Part shown: piece by piece, positions 23,361-35,300 of the stretch
How positions within the stretch are numbered: the stretch's first letter is position 1
How the letters are laid out: the number at the start of each line of letters is the position of its first letter
Assembly (NCBI RefSeq): GCF_963921235.1
Contig: NC_086097.1
Coordinates: 115,818,001 to 115,882,000 of the forward strand
Length of the DNA stretch: 64,000 bases
Source: Mobula hypostoma
Lineage: Eukaryota
Reading direction: 5' to 3'
Notes under the pieces: generated by a model
Told to the model about the DNA's origin: nothing
What the model saw: the letters and a program-made list of their open reading frames with translations, nothing else
Databases searched by the model: none
Translations under genes and position numbers: made by a program

Positions 23361-26300
23361 TCAGAACCCCGCCCCAGCCTTCCCTCCATACCCCCTGCTC
23401 CCCCTAGCCACAAGGGCCATATCTAACTCCCTCTTATATATAGCCAGTGAACTGGCCTCAACTGTTTCCTGTGGCAGAGAATTACACAGATTCACCACTC
23501 TCTGTGTGAAGAAGTTTTTCCTAATCTCGCTCCTAAAAGGCTTCCCCTTTATCCTCAACCTGTGACCCCTTGTTCTGGACTTCCCCAACATCGGGAACAA
23601 TCTTCCTGCATCTAGCCTGTCCAATCCCTTTAGGATTTTATACGTTTCAATCAGATCCCCCCTCAATCTTCTAAATTCCAACGAGTACAAGCCCAGTTCA
23701 TCCAGTCTTTCTTCATATGAAAGTCCTGCCATCCCAGGAATCAATCTGGTGAACCTTCTTTGTACTCCCTCTATGGCAAGGATGTCTTTCCTCAGATTAG
23801 GGGACCAAAACTGCACACAATACTCCAGGTGTGATCTCACCAAGGCCTTGTACAACTGCAGTAGTACCTCCCTGCTCCTGTACTTGAATCCTCTCGCTAT
23901 AAATGCCAGCATACCATTCGCCTTTTTCACCGCCTGCTGTACCTGCATGCCCACTTTCAATGACTGGTGTATAATGACACCCAGGTCTCGTTGCACCTCC
24001 CCTTTTCCTAATTGGCCACCATTCAGATAATAATTTGTTTTCCTATTTTTGCCACCAAAGTGGATAACTTCACATTTATCCACATTAAATTGCATCTGCC
24101 ATGAATTTGCCCACTCACCCAACCTATCCAAGTCACTCTGCATCCTCTTAGCATCCTCCTCACAGCTAACACTGCCACCCAGCTTCGTGTCATCCGCAAA
24201 CTTGGAGATGCTGCATTTAATTCCCTCATCCAAGTCATTAATATATATTGTAAACAACTGGGGTCCCAGCACTGAGCCTTGCGGTACCCCACTAGTCACC
24301 GCCTGCCACTCTGAAAAGGTCCCGTTTATTCCCACTCTTTGCTTCCTGTCTGCTAACCAATTCTCCATCCACATCAATACCTTACCCCCAATACCGTGTG
24401 CTTTAAATTTGCACACTAATCTCCTGTGTGGGACCTTGTCAAAAGCCTTTTGAAAATCCAAATATACTACATCCACTGGTTCTCCCCTATCCACTCTACT
24501 GCTTACATTCTCAAAAAATTCTATGGGACTCGTCAGACATGATTTTCCTTTCACAAATCCATGCTGACTTTGTCCGATGATTTCACTGCTTTCCAAATGT
24601 GCTGTTAGCACATCTTTGATAACTGACTCCAGCAATTTCCCCACCACCGACGATAGGCTAACCGGTCTATAATTCCCCGGTTTCTCTCTCCCTCCTTTTT
24701 TAAAAAGTGGGGTTACATTAGCCACCCTCCAATCCTCAGGAACTAGTCCAGAATCTAACGAGTTTTGGAAAATTATCACTAATGCATCCACTATTTCTTG
24801 GGCTACTTCCTTAAGCACTCTAGGATGCAGACCATCTGGCCCTGAGGATTTATCTGCCTTCAATCCCTTCAATTTACCTAACACCACTTCACTACTAACA
24901 AGTATTTCGCTCAGTTCCTCCATCTCACTGGACCCTCTGTCCCCTACTATTTCTGGAAGATTATTTACATCCTCCTTAGTGAAGACAGAACCAAAGTAAT
25001 TATTCAATTGGTCTGCCATGTCCTTGCTCCCCATAATCAATTCACCTGTTTCTGTCTGTAGGGGACCTACATTTGTCTTTACCAGTCTTTTCCTTTTTAC
25101 ATATCTATAAAAGCTTTTACAATCCGTTTTTATGTTCCCTGCCAGTTTTCTCTCATAATCTTTTTTCCCCTTCCTAATTAAGCCCTTTGTCCTCCTCTGC
25201 TGAACTCTGAATTTCTCCCAGTCCTCAGGTGAGCCACTTTCTCTGGCTAATTTGCATGCTTCTTCTTTGGAATTGATACTATCCCTAATTTCTCTTGTCA
25301 GCCATGGGTGCACTACCTTCCTTGATTTATTCTTTTGCCAAACTGGGATGAACAATTGTTGTAGATCATCCATGCAACCTTTAAATGCTTGCCATTGCAT
25401 ATCCACCGTCAATCCTTTAAGTGTCATTTGCCAGTCTATCTTAGCTAATTCACGTCTCATACCTTCAAAGTTGCCCCTCTTTAAGTTCAGAACCTTTGTT
25501 TCTGAATTAACTATGTCACCCTCCATCTTAATGAAGAATTCCACCATATTATGGTCACTCTTACCCAAGGGGCCTCTCACGACAAGATTGCTAACTAACC
25601 CTTCCTCATTGCTCAAAATCCAGTCCAGAATAGCCTGCTCTCTAGTTGGTTCCTCGACATGTTGGTTCAAAAAACCATCCCGCATACATTCCAAGAAATC
25701 CTCTTCCTCAGTACCTTTACCAATTTGGTTCACCCAATCTACATGTAGATTGAAGTCACCCATTATAACTGCTGTTCCTTTATTGCACACATTTCTAATT
25801 TCCTGTTTAATACCATCTCCGACCTCACTACTACTGTTAGGTGGCCTGTACACAACTCCCACCATCGTCTTCTGCCCCTTAGTGTTACGCAGCTCTACCC
25901 ATATCGATTCCACATCTTCCCGGCTTATGTCCTTCCTTTCTATTGCGTTAATCTCTTCTTTAACCAGCAACGCCACCCTACCTCCCCTTCCTTCATGTCT
26001 ATCCCTCCTGAATATTGAATATCCCTGAACGTTGAGCTCCCATCCCTGGTCACCCTGGAGCCATGTCTCTGTGATCCCAACTATATCATAATCATTAATA
26101 ACAATCTGCACTTTCAATTCATCCACCTTATTACGAATGCTCCTTGCATTGACACACAAAGCCTTCAGGCGCTCTTTTACAACTCTCTTAGCCCTTATAC
26201 AATTATGTTGAAAAGTGGCCCTTTTTAATGCTTGCCCTGGATTTGTCGGCCTGCCACTTTTACTCTTCTCCTTTGTACTTTTTGCTTCTACCCTCACTTT

Positions 26301-26393
26301 ACACCCCTCTGTCTCTCTGCACTGGTTCCCATCCCCCTGTTGTGAACTAACCTCCTCACGCCTAGCCTCTTTAATTTGATTCCCACCCCCCAA
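23361..26393 (-). CDS. CR1 ORF2: APE endonuclease + reverse transcriptase, uninterrupted
   Basis: 1010 codons; [44 protein letters not shown] and FADD all present. True start codon uncertain. Confidence 0.96.
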   Translation of the reverse strand: MGGGNQIKEARREEVSSQQGDGNQCRETEGCKVRVEAKSTKEKSKSGRPTNPGQALKRATFQHNCIRAKRVVKERLKALCVNARSIRNKVDELKVQIVINDYDIVGITETWLQGDQGWELNVQGYSIFRRDRHEGRGGRVALLVKEEINAIERKDISREDVESIWVELRNTKGQKTMVGVVYRPPNSSSEVGDGIKQEIRNVCNKGTAVIMGDFNLHVDWVNQIGKGTEEEDFLECMRDGFLNQHVEEPTREQAILDWILSNEEGLVSNLVVRGPLGKSDHNMVEFFIKMEGDIVNSETKVLNLKRGNFEGMRRELAKIDWQMTLKGLTVDMQWQAFKGCMDDLQQLFIPVWQKNKSRKVVHPWLTREIRDSINSKEEACKLARESGSPEDWEKFRVQQRRTKGLIRKGKKDYERKLAGNIKTDCKSFYRYVKRKRLVKTNVGPLQTETGELIMGSKDMADQLNNYFGSVFTKEDVNNLPEIVGDRGSSEMEELSEILVSSEVVLGKLKGLKADKSSGPDGLHPRVLKEVAQEIVDALVIIFQNSLDSGLVPEDWRVANVTPLFKKGGREKPGNYRPVSLSSVVGKLLESVIKDVLTAHLESSEIIGQSQHGFVKGKSCLTSPIEFFENVSSRVDRGEPVDVVYLDFQKAFDKVPHRRLVCKFKAHGIGGKVLMWMENWLADRKQRVGINGTFSEWQAVTSGVPQGSVLGPQLFTIYINDLDEGIKCSISKFADDTKLGGSVSCEEDAKRMQSDLDRLGEWANSWQMQFNVDKCEVIHFGGKNRKTNYYLNGGQLGKGEVQRDLGVIIHQSLKVGMQVQQAVKKANGMLAFIARGFKYRSREVLLQLYKALVRSHLEYCVQFWSPNLRKDILAIEGVQRRFTRLIPGMAGLSYEERLDELGLYSLEFRRLRGDLIETYKILKGLDRLDAGRLFPMLGKSRTRGHRLRIKGKPFRSEIRKNFFTQRVVNLCNSLPQETVEASSLAIYKRELDMALVARGSRGYGGKAGAGF

Positions 26394-26398
26394 CCATT

Positions 26399-26833
26399 CT
26401 AGTTTAAAGTCACCTCAGTAGCCCCCGCTAATCTCCCTGCCAGGATATTGGTGCCCCTAGGATTCAAGTGTAACCCGTCCTTTTTGTACAGGTCACACCT
26501 GCACCAATAGAGGTCCCAATGATCCAAAAACTTGAATCCCTGCCCCCTGCTCCAATCCCTCAGCCACGCATTTATCCTCCACCTCATCGCATTCCTACTC
26601 TCACTGTCGCGTGGCACAGGCAGTAATCCCGAGATTACTACCTTTGCGGTCCTTTTTCTCAACTCCCTTCCTAGCTCCCTATATTCTTCTTTCAGGACCT
26701 CATCCCTTTTCCTACCTATGTCATTGGTACCTATATGTACCACCACCTCTGGCTCCTCACCCTCCCACTTCAGGATATCTTGGACACGATCAGAAATATC
26801 CCGGACCCTGGCACCAGGGAGGAAAACTACCAT
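26399..26833 (-). pseudogene. CR1 ORF1 C-terminal SGNH esterase domain (5'-truncated)
   Basis: PGAR, VVHIGTND and DGLHLN motifs typical of CR1 ORF1 esterases. Confidence 0.9.
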
Positions 26834-26844
26834 CCGGAGATACC

Positions 26845-27005
26845 ATGGGAGATGTGGAGCTGTTTGGAGTTTTGGCGTATGTGGATGATCGCCTAGGGTT
26901 TGGATTCACCTTGGGGGACTATAATGCGAGGTGAGTGCCGGAGCCCGGGCAACAAAGAATTAACAAAGTAAAACTTTGGATGAGCGCCAGGTCTGGAGAA
27001 GGATG
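26845..27005 (+). pseudogene. Gypsy RT remnant, catalytic part
   Basis: MGDVELFGVLAYVDD (YVDD 26878-26889), continuing the RT broken at 23264. Confidence 0.88.
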
Positions 27006-27013
27006 CAGATCCT

Positions 27014-27460
27014 GAGTGGCTGAGAGAGGAGATTTGCATCGCTGAACTGAATGCTCAGAAATGCAGGCTGGAGACTGAGTGCTGCAATTTTAGGGCAACC
27101 ATTGAAGAATTGGAGTCCACGCTCATCAAAGTGGGGACAAGGAAATGGAATTCCAAGTCAAAACTGTGGTCATTTACTGATAAATTAATCTAGAGAGACG
27201 AAACAATGACCAACCTTCGAAAGGACCAGCAGAAACTCATGAAATCGATCCAGAACAGATTGGAAGAAGCTGGTGGTGTAATTGCATCCCCGATGGAGAT
27301 GAACACGAAGCATGAGTCTGAACTACTGCGACTGCGGGTGGAGGCAGAGGAGTCAAAGAAGAAGCTGATGTCTTGATTGCAGGAGGTTGAAGAGGCTGCA
27401 GAGGCAGCCCAGGCTAAGTACTTCAATTTGGAGAAAATCACACAGCAGCTACCAATCGAG
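27014..27460 (+). pseudogene. Captured intronless class II myosin heavy chain rod fragments (MYH16-like)
   Basis: One frame reads AELNAQKCRLETEC...IEELESTLIKV...RDETMTNLRK / NRLEEAGGVIASPMEMNTKHESELLRLR / [31 protein letters not shown], matching three separate MYH rod motifs. Two in-frame stops. Confidence 0.85.
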
Positions 27461-27954
27461 GAAATGGGGAAGAATACGGATTCGAAGGATGACGTGCTGA
27501 ATGTGTGGTACATGCTGCCTTACGCTAACTTCCCCTTGTTGGATGAAAAGACTTTTGTCCCTTCTCCCACTGAATCAGGGGTAGGGAGAAGGACTATTCG
27601 TGCATAGCTTGGGTTACTGCAGGACCCTGAATGAAAAGAAGCGGGGCCCGGACACAGGACAGGGGGCTCCGAGTTGCAGTGGGGGCATGAGTAAGAGATT
27701 GAAAGAGGATTTGGCAAGCAGATCCGAGGTATCCCCAGTAGTGTCTGAGCCTGAAGGGTTTAGGTGAGGGGGTATGGAGGTCTCGGAGGATTAGGAAACT
27801 CCCAGATAGGTTGGCCTATGTAGCACTTGAGGAACCGGGCATAAGGTCACTCTTTGGGGAGCAATGTCACTGTTTGTTCCTAGATTGGGTTTTTGTGTCT
27901 GCAGGAAGGGTTGGCGAGTTATTTGGAAGTCATGAGGACATGACTAAATTTGGT

Positions 27955-27964
27955 GGGGGAAGAG
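27955..27964 (+). promoter_or_regulatory. Polypurine tract
   Basis: gggggaagag immediately before the TG of the 3' LTR. Confidence 0.85.
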
Positions 27965-28685
27965 TGTAGCGGTTTCTTCTTTTATGTTACTGCTAAGGCT
28001 AATAAAATGGCTTCTTTGTTATGTGAGAATAAAATGGCTTCTTTATTATGTTAACTGCTGAGAAAGTGCCTCTCTCTTGCAGGTTGTTTGGGTTATAATT
28101 ATTGATAATGAGAATTCTATTCATTTGTTAACCAATTGGGATAGATGTTATCCTTTCTTGTGTGTCTGTAAGCTATTGTTTTTGTGGGCTTTGAGGGGAT
28201 GGTGCGATGGGGACAAAGAGAGGAGACATGATGCTGCAAGCTGGGTTACGGAACGGACCCCGAGCGGGCATCTGAGGCAGAGGGTTTTCGGCGAGGAGAG
28301 AAGACGAGGACAGACTCGTGTGGAGCGTCAGGTTGACCACCGTGGTTGATCCCAGGTGTGGGTCGAGGAGGTCGGAGGGGATCGAATAGTGGAAAGAAAA
28401 CTCCGTTAATTGAGCTCCAATGGTTGTGCACGAAGTAGTTGAACTCTGATAAGTTTGGCACCTTTTGCTTTCCCTTTATATTGTATCTCTATTAATTACA
28501 TTATTCCAGTAAGATTTATAAAGTGTAATCATTTAATCGCAAATGGTTTACTGTCTGTTATTTAGCACGGTGGGGTACATCATACAACATCTACACAAAC
28601 TGATTACCCAGTTTGGTGGGGCCGAAGGCTGCTCCCCTCAAGACAAAAGTGAGTTGAGCGAGCCTGAGGCTTACCGGGAGCTACA
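27965..28685 (+). repeat. 3' LTR
   Basis: TGTAGC...GCTACA inverted termini; homologous to 20817-21530. Confidence 0.94.
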
Positions 28686-28699
28686 CACCTACTAAGAGG

Positions 28700-29668
28700 G
28701 GGCTACACATGTACTAAGATATTGTGAATAAACAATTGCTTTGCATACCATCAAGAGAGATCATTCAAAACATAAGTCCAGTGAGGAAGTACAAAGAGAA
28801 AAGCAATGGAGAATGCAGATTATATTATTACAGTTACAGAGAGGGTGCACTGTAGGTAGTCAAATAAGTTGCAGGGATCATGATGAGGTCGATTGAGAGA
28901 TTGAGGGTTCATCTTAAAGGTGTCCCTTTAGCAGTCTTATAACAGCAGAACTACAGTTGTCCTTAAGCCTGATGATGCATGTTTGGTGGAACATGGGGGA
29001 AAAGAGAGAATAACCAATTTGGTTGGGGTCTTGGGTAGAGCAGTTGCCATACCAAGCTGATATGCTTCTGGATAGAATGCCCTCAGTGGTGCAGCTATAA
29101 AATTAGTTATTTCCTGAGCTTCTGAGGAATTAAATGTGCTAGTGTGCTTTTTTGTCTATGGCATCTACATGGATGGAGTAGGACCAGTTATCAGTAATGT
29201 TAACACCTAAGAACTTAAAGCTCTCAACCATCAACATCATTGAGAGATTCAGGGGCATGTACTCCATCTCACTTTCTGAAGTTGATGACCACTTCTTTCA
29301 TTTTGCTCACATTGAGGGGTGAATTGTTTCCTTGACATCAGGCCAGCAGGCCACAATATCTCTATCTTGTTATTGTTTGCGATCTGGCTTATCACACTGT
29401 CATCATCTATGAACTTGTAGATGGAGATAGAGGAGAATCTGGCCGCAGTGCCTTGAATGTGCAAGGAACAAAGTAAGGGACTGAGGACACATTCTTGTGA
29501 GGCACCAGTATTGTGAATAACCATGGCAGATGCTTTGCAGCCTTTACTTACTGTTTGCAATATGTTGGTCAGGAAGTCAAGGATCCAGTTGCAGAGGGAG
29601 TTGCTGAATTCTAGGTCTAGAAGTTTGTAGATGAGTTGGTTTGGAATTATATAATCAAAGGCAGAAGT
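28700..29668 (-). mobile_element. Degenerate Rex1/Babar-type LINE
   Basis: SAFDYIIP, LCNWILDFLT, TGASQECVLSPLL, IYKFIDD. Confidence 0.8.
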
Positions 29669-29951
29669 TAACATAAACTTAAATTTCTTAAATTTTACAT
29701 AAATTACATGATATAAACCTGAAAGCATTAGTGTAACTTGAGAGAAAGATTAAAAATATAGTCCAAGATAGTGTTAAGGGGTTATTCAGGCCAGTTTCAA
29801 GAACCTGATGGCAGTGGAGAAGAAGTTGCTGTTGATCTTTTTTTTCAAGGTTAGAGTTATTTGTCACATGTACATTGAAACATACAGTGAAACACTTTGT
29901 CTAAGGTAAATCAAACCAGCGAGGATTGTGCTTGGCAACCCGCAAATATCA

Positions 29952-32368
29952 AAAACTCACGAAATTCAGTAGATGCTGGAAATCCAGAACGACACATACA
30001 AAATGCTGTACAAACTCAGCAGTCAGGCAGCATCCATGGAACTGAATAAACCATTGATGATTTGGGCTAAGACCCTTCATTAGGACTGGAAAAGCGGAGA
30101 GAAGAATATATCACCAGAATAAAATGGTGGGGGAAGAGGAAGGAGGACCAGCTAGAAAGTGATAGGTGAAGCCAAGAGGGTCAGAAAGATGAAAGGCTGG
30201 AGAAGAGGGAACATGATAGGAGACGAGAGAATAGGGACACCAGCAGGAGGTAAGAGGTAAGAGGATTAAGAGTGGGGAATAAAGGAAGTGGGAAGGGGAA
30301 AGGAAAAAAAATTACTGGAAGGAGAAATCGATGTTCATGCCATTTAATTGGAGTGACCTAGACAAAATATGAGGTGCTCCTCCTCCATCATGAGCGTGGT
30401 CTCATAGTGGCAAAAGAGGACAATTTGGACCGTCATGTCAGAAAAGGATTGGGGATTGGAATTAAAATATTTGGCCACCGGGAAATTCCATTTTTGGTGG
30501 ACACCATTCTATCTTCCTTGGTTCAGTCCCTCTCGCATTTCACATGCTCTCAATCTCCTCATCAACTTTCAATTCCCTGGACCGGGTTGCCTCATTTTAG
30601 CCATGGATGTCCAATCCCTATACACTTCTATTCCCCATCAAGAAAGCCTTAAAGCTTGCCACTTCTTTCTCTAAAGAAGACCCAACCATTTCGCTTCTAC
30701 CAGCACCCTCTTCCATCTGGCAGAATGGGTCCTTACCCTCAACAGTTTCTCCGTTAGCTCCCCCTACTTTCTCCAAATTCAAGGGTAGCTGTAGGCACCT
30801 GTATGGGCCCCACTCAGGTATGCCTGCCTTCTCACTGGCTACATAGAACAACCTATTTTTCAAGACTCCCCTGTTAATGCTCTCCAAATCTCCCTTCACT
30901 ACATTGACTACTGCATTGGGGTTGCTTCATGCACCCATGCTGATCTTGTCAATTTTATCAACTTTAACTCCAAATTCCACCCTGCCCTTAAATTCACTAA
31001 GTCCATTTCTGACACCTGTTTCCCCTTTTTTAATTTCTCTGTCTCCATCTCTGGATCCAATTATCTATCAACATCTTTTATAAACCTATCGATTCCCACA
31101 GCTATCCTGACTATACCTCTTCCAACCTTGTCTCCTATAAAAATGTTTTCCCCTTTTCTCAGTTTCATCATCTCTGCAGCATCTGTTCCCATGATGAGAC
31201 TTTCCTTTCCAGGACATCAGAGATGTCCTTCCTACAAAGAAAGGGGTTTCCCTTTCTCTGCCATTGATGCTATCCTCACAAGCATCGCCTCCATTTCCTG
31301 GACATCCACTCCATCCCATCTTCCCACCGCCTTAATAGGGATAGAGTTTCTTTTGTCCTCACCTACCATCCCATGACCTTCGTATCCAATACATTGTTCT
31401 CCAAAATTTCCACCATCTTTAGTGACATCTTACCACCAAATACACCTTTACACCCCTCCCACTCTCCGCTATCTGCAGAGATCACACCCTCCACGATTCC
31501 CTTGTCCATTTGTCCCTCCTCTCTAATCTTTCTTCTGGCACATATCCATGGAAGTGACAAAAATGCTACACCTGTCCATTTATGCCTCATCCTTTACCCT
31601 CCATTCAGGGCCCCGAACAGTCCTTCCAGCTGAGGCAACACTTGTGAATCTGTTGGGGTCATCTATTGTGTCTGATGCTCCCCATGCATCTCCTCTATAT
31701 TGGTGAGACCCTACATAAATTCAAGATGCTTTGTCAAGCATCTCTGCTCCATCTGACAAAAGCAGAATTTCCCATTGGTAAATCCTTTTAATTCCTCTCA
31801 CTATTCATGTTCTGACAAGTCAGCCAATGGCCTCGCTCATCTGTTTCCTCAGGGTGGAGGATCAACACCTTATATTCCGTCTGGTGGCCTTCAACCTGAT
31901 GGCATGAACATAAATTTCTCCTTCTGGTAAAAGAATATTCCTTCCCACTTCTCTCTTCTTCTATTCCCCACCCTGGCCTCTTACCTCTTCTCTTCACCAG
32001 CCTATCACCTCCCCCTGGTGCCACTCTTTCTTCTTTTTCACCCATGGTCTCCTTTCCTATCAGATTCCTTCTTCTCCAACCCATTATCTTTCTGCCCCAC
32101 CAAGGTTAATCCATTACCCTTTTTCTAGTCCTCCTATCCCTCCCTCCATATTTTTATTCCACCATCTTGCCCCATCTTTTCCAGTCCAGATGAAGGATCT
32201 TGGCCCAAAATGTTGACTGTTTATTTATTTCAAATATCGCTATGATGTTGTACGTTCTTGTATCAATTGTTTGGCGACAATAAAGTATAAAGTATCAAGT
32301 ATAAAAGTATAAAGTATTTTCATAGATGCTGCCTGACTTGCTGAGTTCCTCCAGTATTTTGTGTACAT
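29952..32368 (+). mobile_element. Older Penelope-like element with inverted 5' segment
   Basis: Minus-oriented terminal segment 29952-30500, then plus-strand RT (MDVQSLYTSIPH, YIDYCIG), GIY-YIG remnant and pLTR. Degenerate 15-bp TSD aacccgcaaatatca / agcctgcaaatgtca. Confidence 0.88.
32233..32315 (+). mobile_element. Tiny LINE 3' end with (aaagtat)n tail inserted in the pLTR
   Basis: aataaa followed by repeated aaagtat; flanked by tatttca / tattttca. Confidence 0.65.
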
Positions 32369-35300
32369 AGCCTGCAAATGTCACCATGCTTCTGGCACCA
32401 ACATAGCATGCCCACAACTTACTAACCTCAACCCAGTAATGTAGGTGTTAGTGTAATACTATTGCAGTGCCCCCCTTAAGGTCTAGATCTTTAGGCTCCT
32501 CTCACCTAATGGCAGAATCAAGAGAGGCCATGGCCTGGATTATGTGGATTCCTAACGATGTATTTTGCCTTCCTGAGATATTGGCTGTTGTAGATGCTCT
32601 TGATGGAGGGCGCTGTACCCATGAGGGAAATGGGTCCCAGTGTTACAAGCCCAGTGTCAGGAGACACGATCTTCACAGGGCCTGTAATTTCCCACTATAG
32701 CCTTTGTAAATAATCAAGAGAAACTTTGCAGAACTGGTGCAGTGCCATTTCTAATGTTTCCTTGATCTTTCTACCAGTCCTCCTTCAACATTTCCAACAT
32801 AGGATTAGAGTCTGTCGAAATCCATGTGGAAATTCCAGATACTGATGTTAGGTTCTTGAATGCTTATAAGATATTTTTGTCCCAACTGATAAGGCAACTA
32901 ATCCTCAATCAGTGCATATACAGAGCAACTTGCATGCAATTGAATTCTCAGCATACTGATCATTTGAAATTAACATGAATATGATGTCACTTCAACTTCT
33001 TAATGTGCAAAACCTTTGAATGTATACTGCAAAGAGCTGGTTTCCAGGTTGGGTGGGGTTATTCTCCAATCCTGGCAATTCACTTACAAATATTTCATCA
33101 CCAAACGAGGGCACACTGTCAGTGCGCTTTTGATTGTGGTGTGTCCTCTGAATGCTTGGCCTTTATATACTTTTCAATCAGCTGATTGGACATCATTGTG
33201 GAAGCTCAGTTGTGATAGTGGGGAGGAAATCTTGTTGCTGATTGGCTGTGTAGCGAACCTTATGTGACTTGGTCTGGAATTTTGCCCACAATGGCTCATG
33301 AATAGGATCGAGGTCTATATGTTTGTTCACAGAATGGTTTGCAGGAATGGGTACCCCTTCTTCAGTTTTGCACACATAACTGAAACCTCAGTATCACCAT
33401 CTTTTGATTTTCAATTCTAATTGAAATTTAATGGTTTCAGACATTTTCCCAGCTGTCATTTTAACATCTGAATCAAAGCAAATAGAAAGGAGCTCTGAAA
33501 CATTAGGACACTTTTTTCAGGGTAAATAGATAGTTTCGTAATTTTTTTTGTAAAATATTAGGTCTACTTGTGACATGTACACCCAAACATCAAAACATAA
33601 AATGAAATGTGTCAATTTTGTGTCAATGACCAACGCAGTCCAAGGGGTGTGCTGGGGACAAGTGTTGCCCTGCTTCTGCCACCAACATAGCATGGCCACA
33701 ACTCACCTTAACTGTATGTCTTCTGGAATGTGGGATGTGAGACGCGGTTATGGGGAGAAACGGTGGGGTGGGAATCGAACTCTAATTGATGGTTGCTAGC
33801 ACTGTGAAGTGATTGCACAAGCTGTTATGCCATCATGCTGCCCAGTTTATTTTGTTTAGTCTAGTCATTAGCATGTCAACAGATATGTGGAGCAAGTTTT
33901 TGAGTAGTTTGTCTGAAATGTATTAAGAAGTGGTTGAGAAAAGTTTTGTGGGTTTTCATTCTTGATGAAAAGGTAATCATTCAACTTAGGGGTCTTGAAG
34001 ATTTTTTTAAATATCCATGCCAAAAGAATAAGAAACTGTACTACAAATGGTCATGTAGAATACATTGTGGGACCAATTTTCATTAATATCATTTTGTATT
34101 GGCAATGGAACCATTCACATTTGAAACAAAACTAATTAAAACTTCAAAAATATTTTAATAGAATTTAGAATTCAGTTGTAAATGTGCTGGGTGACCACCT
34201 TCTAATTCTATAATTCCAATGAAGATCCAATCCCAAGTGTACAATACCTGCCCTGTCTTCAGCATAGCCACCTGCATATTTTAATTAAAGTACTTAATAT
34301 TATTATTCCTCATCCTGTTCAAATATTAATAGCATTGAGCTGATTGGAACCGTTCATTCATAGCATGGTGACTACAACCTTGTGAGGGAACAGTGGCATG
34401 TAGAGACCTTGCATAAGATTTATAAGCCACCAACTAGTGTTAATGAAAAAAGACAGAGCTAGAGACAATGCTGTGGTAGTGGCATGGAGGGGTGAGAAAT
34501 CCAGGTGGAGTGGACAACTCCATAAACATTCATGTATAAATTAAACATTTCTGAGTCCTCGGAAATATGGTCATCATTACAAAGTCAGGCAACTCTTCAC
34601 TTATTTGGTTTCTGTTCTCCCTTGTACTTATTCTGGATAGAGCTTCTGCCATTTTCTTCAAGAGCAATGAAAGAAAAGCAAAAGACCCCCAGATGCTGAA
34701 AACTTGAATTAACAGCACAACATGCTGGAACTATTCAGCAGGTCAGAGGTCAGGCTGCATATGTGGAAAGAGAAGCATTTTTTTCCCATTTATGATCTTA
34801 CAATAAACAAGAAGAAATTTTAACTCTAAAATGCTTTATATTGCTAAAGGGGAGGAGTGGACAGAAGTAAAGGAATGCCTGTAACGAGGTGGACACCACA
34901 GAATGACATTGGTCATGCTGGAGCTGGCTGAGAAAGGATGGTGAAGGCTTCTTTAATTTTGGCCGATCTTGCAAAGTTCAAAGTATAAAGATCAAAGAAA
35001 ATCTATTATCAAAGTATGTATATGTCACCATATACTACCATGGGATTAGTTTTCTTGCAAACATTCACAGTCGATACAAAGAAACACAATGGAATCAATG
35101 AAAAACTACACACAGACAACAACAGACAAACAGCCAACGTGCAGAAGAGAAACTATGCAATTACAAAAGAAAACAAACAATAATAAATGAATAAACAAAC
35201 AAACAAATAAACAATAAATAATACTGAGAACATGAGTTGTTGGGTCAATGAAAATGAGGCCATAGGTGGAATAGATCAGTGAGTGAAGTTATCCACGTTG

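Larger units (their letters stand above)
23265..26840 (-). mobile_element. Young 5'-truncated CR1 LINE nested in the Gypsy RT
   Basis: Partial ORF1, complete ORF2, 3' UTR and (atagaaac)-type tail; possible short TSD accat (23260-23264, 26842-26846). Confidence 0.96.
20817..28685 (+). mobile_element. Gypsy LTR retrotransposon provirus (defective), PNMA-like gag
   Basis: Two ~715-bp direct repeats, PBS, gag, protease, RT, pol C-terminal motif and PPT in canonical order. Confidence 0.93.

Noticed and set aside
25252..26028. 258-aa plus-strand ORF
   Set aside because: Antisense shadow of CR1 ORF2.
27014..27460. Functional host myosin exons
   Set aside because: No introns or splice sites between segments, two stops, enclosed within LTR element internal sequence.
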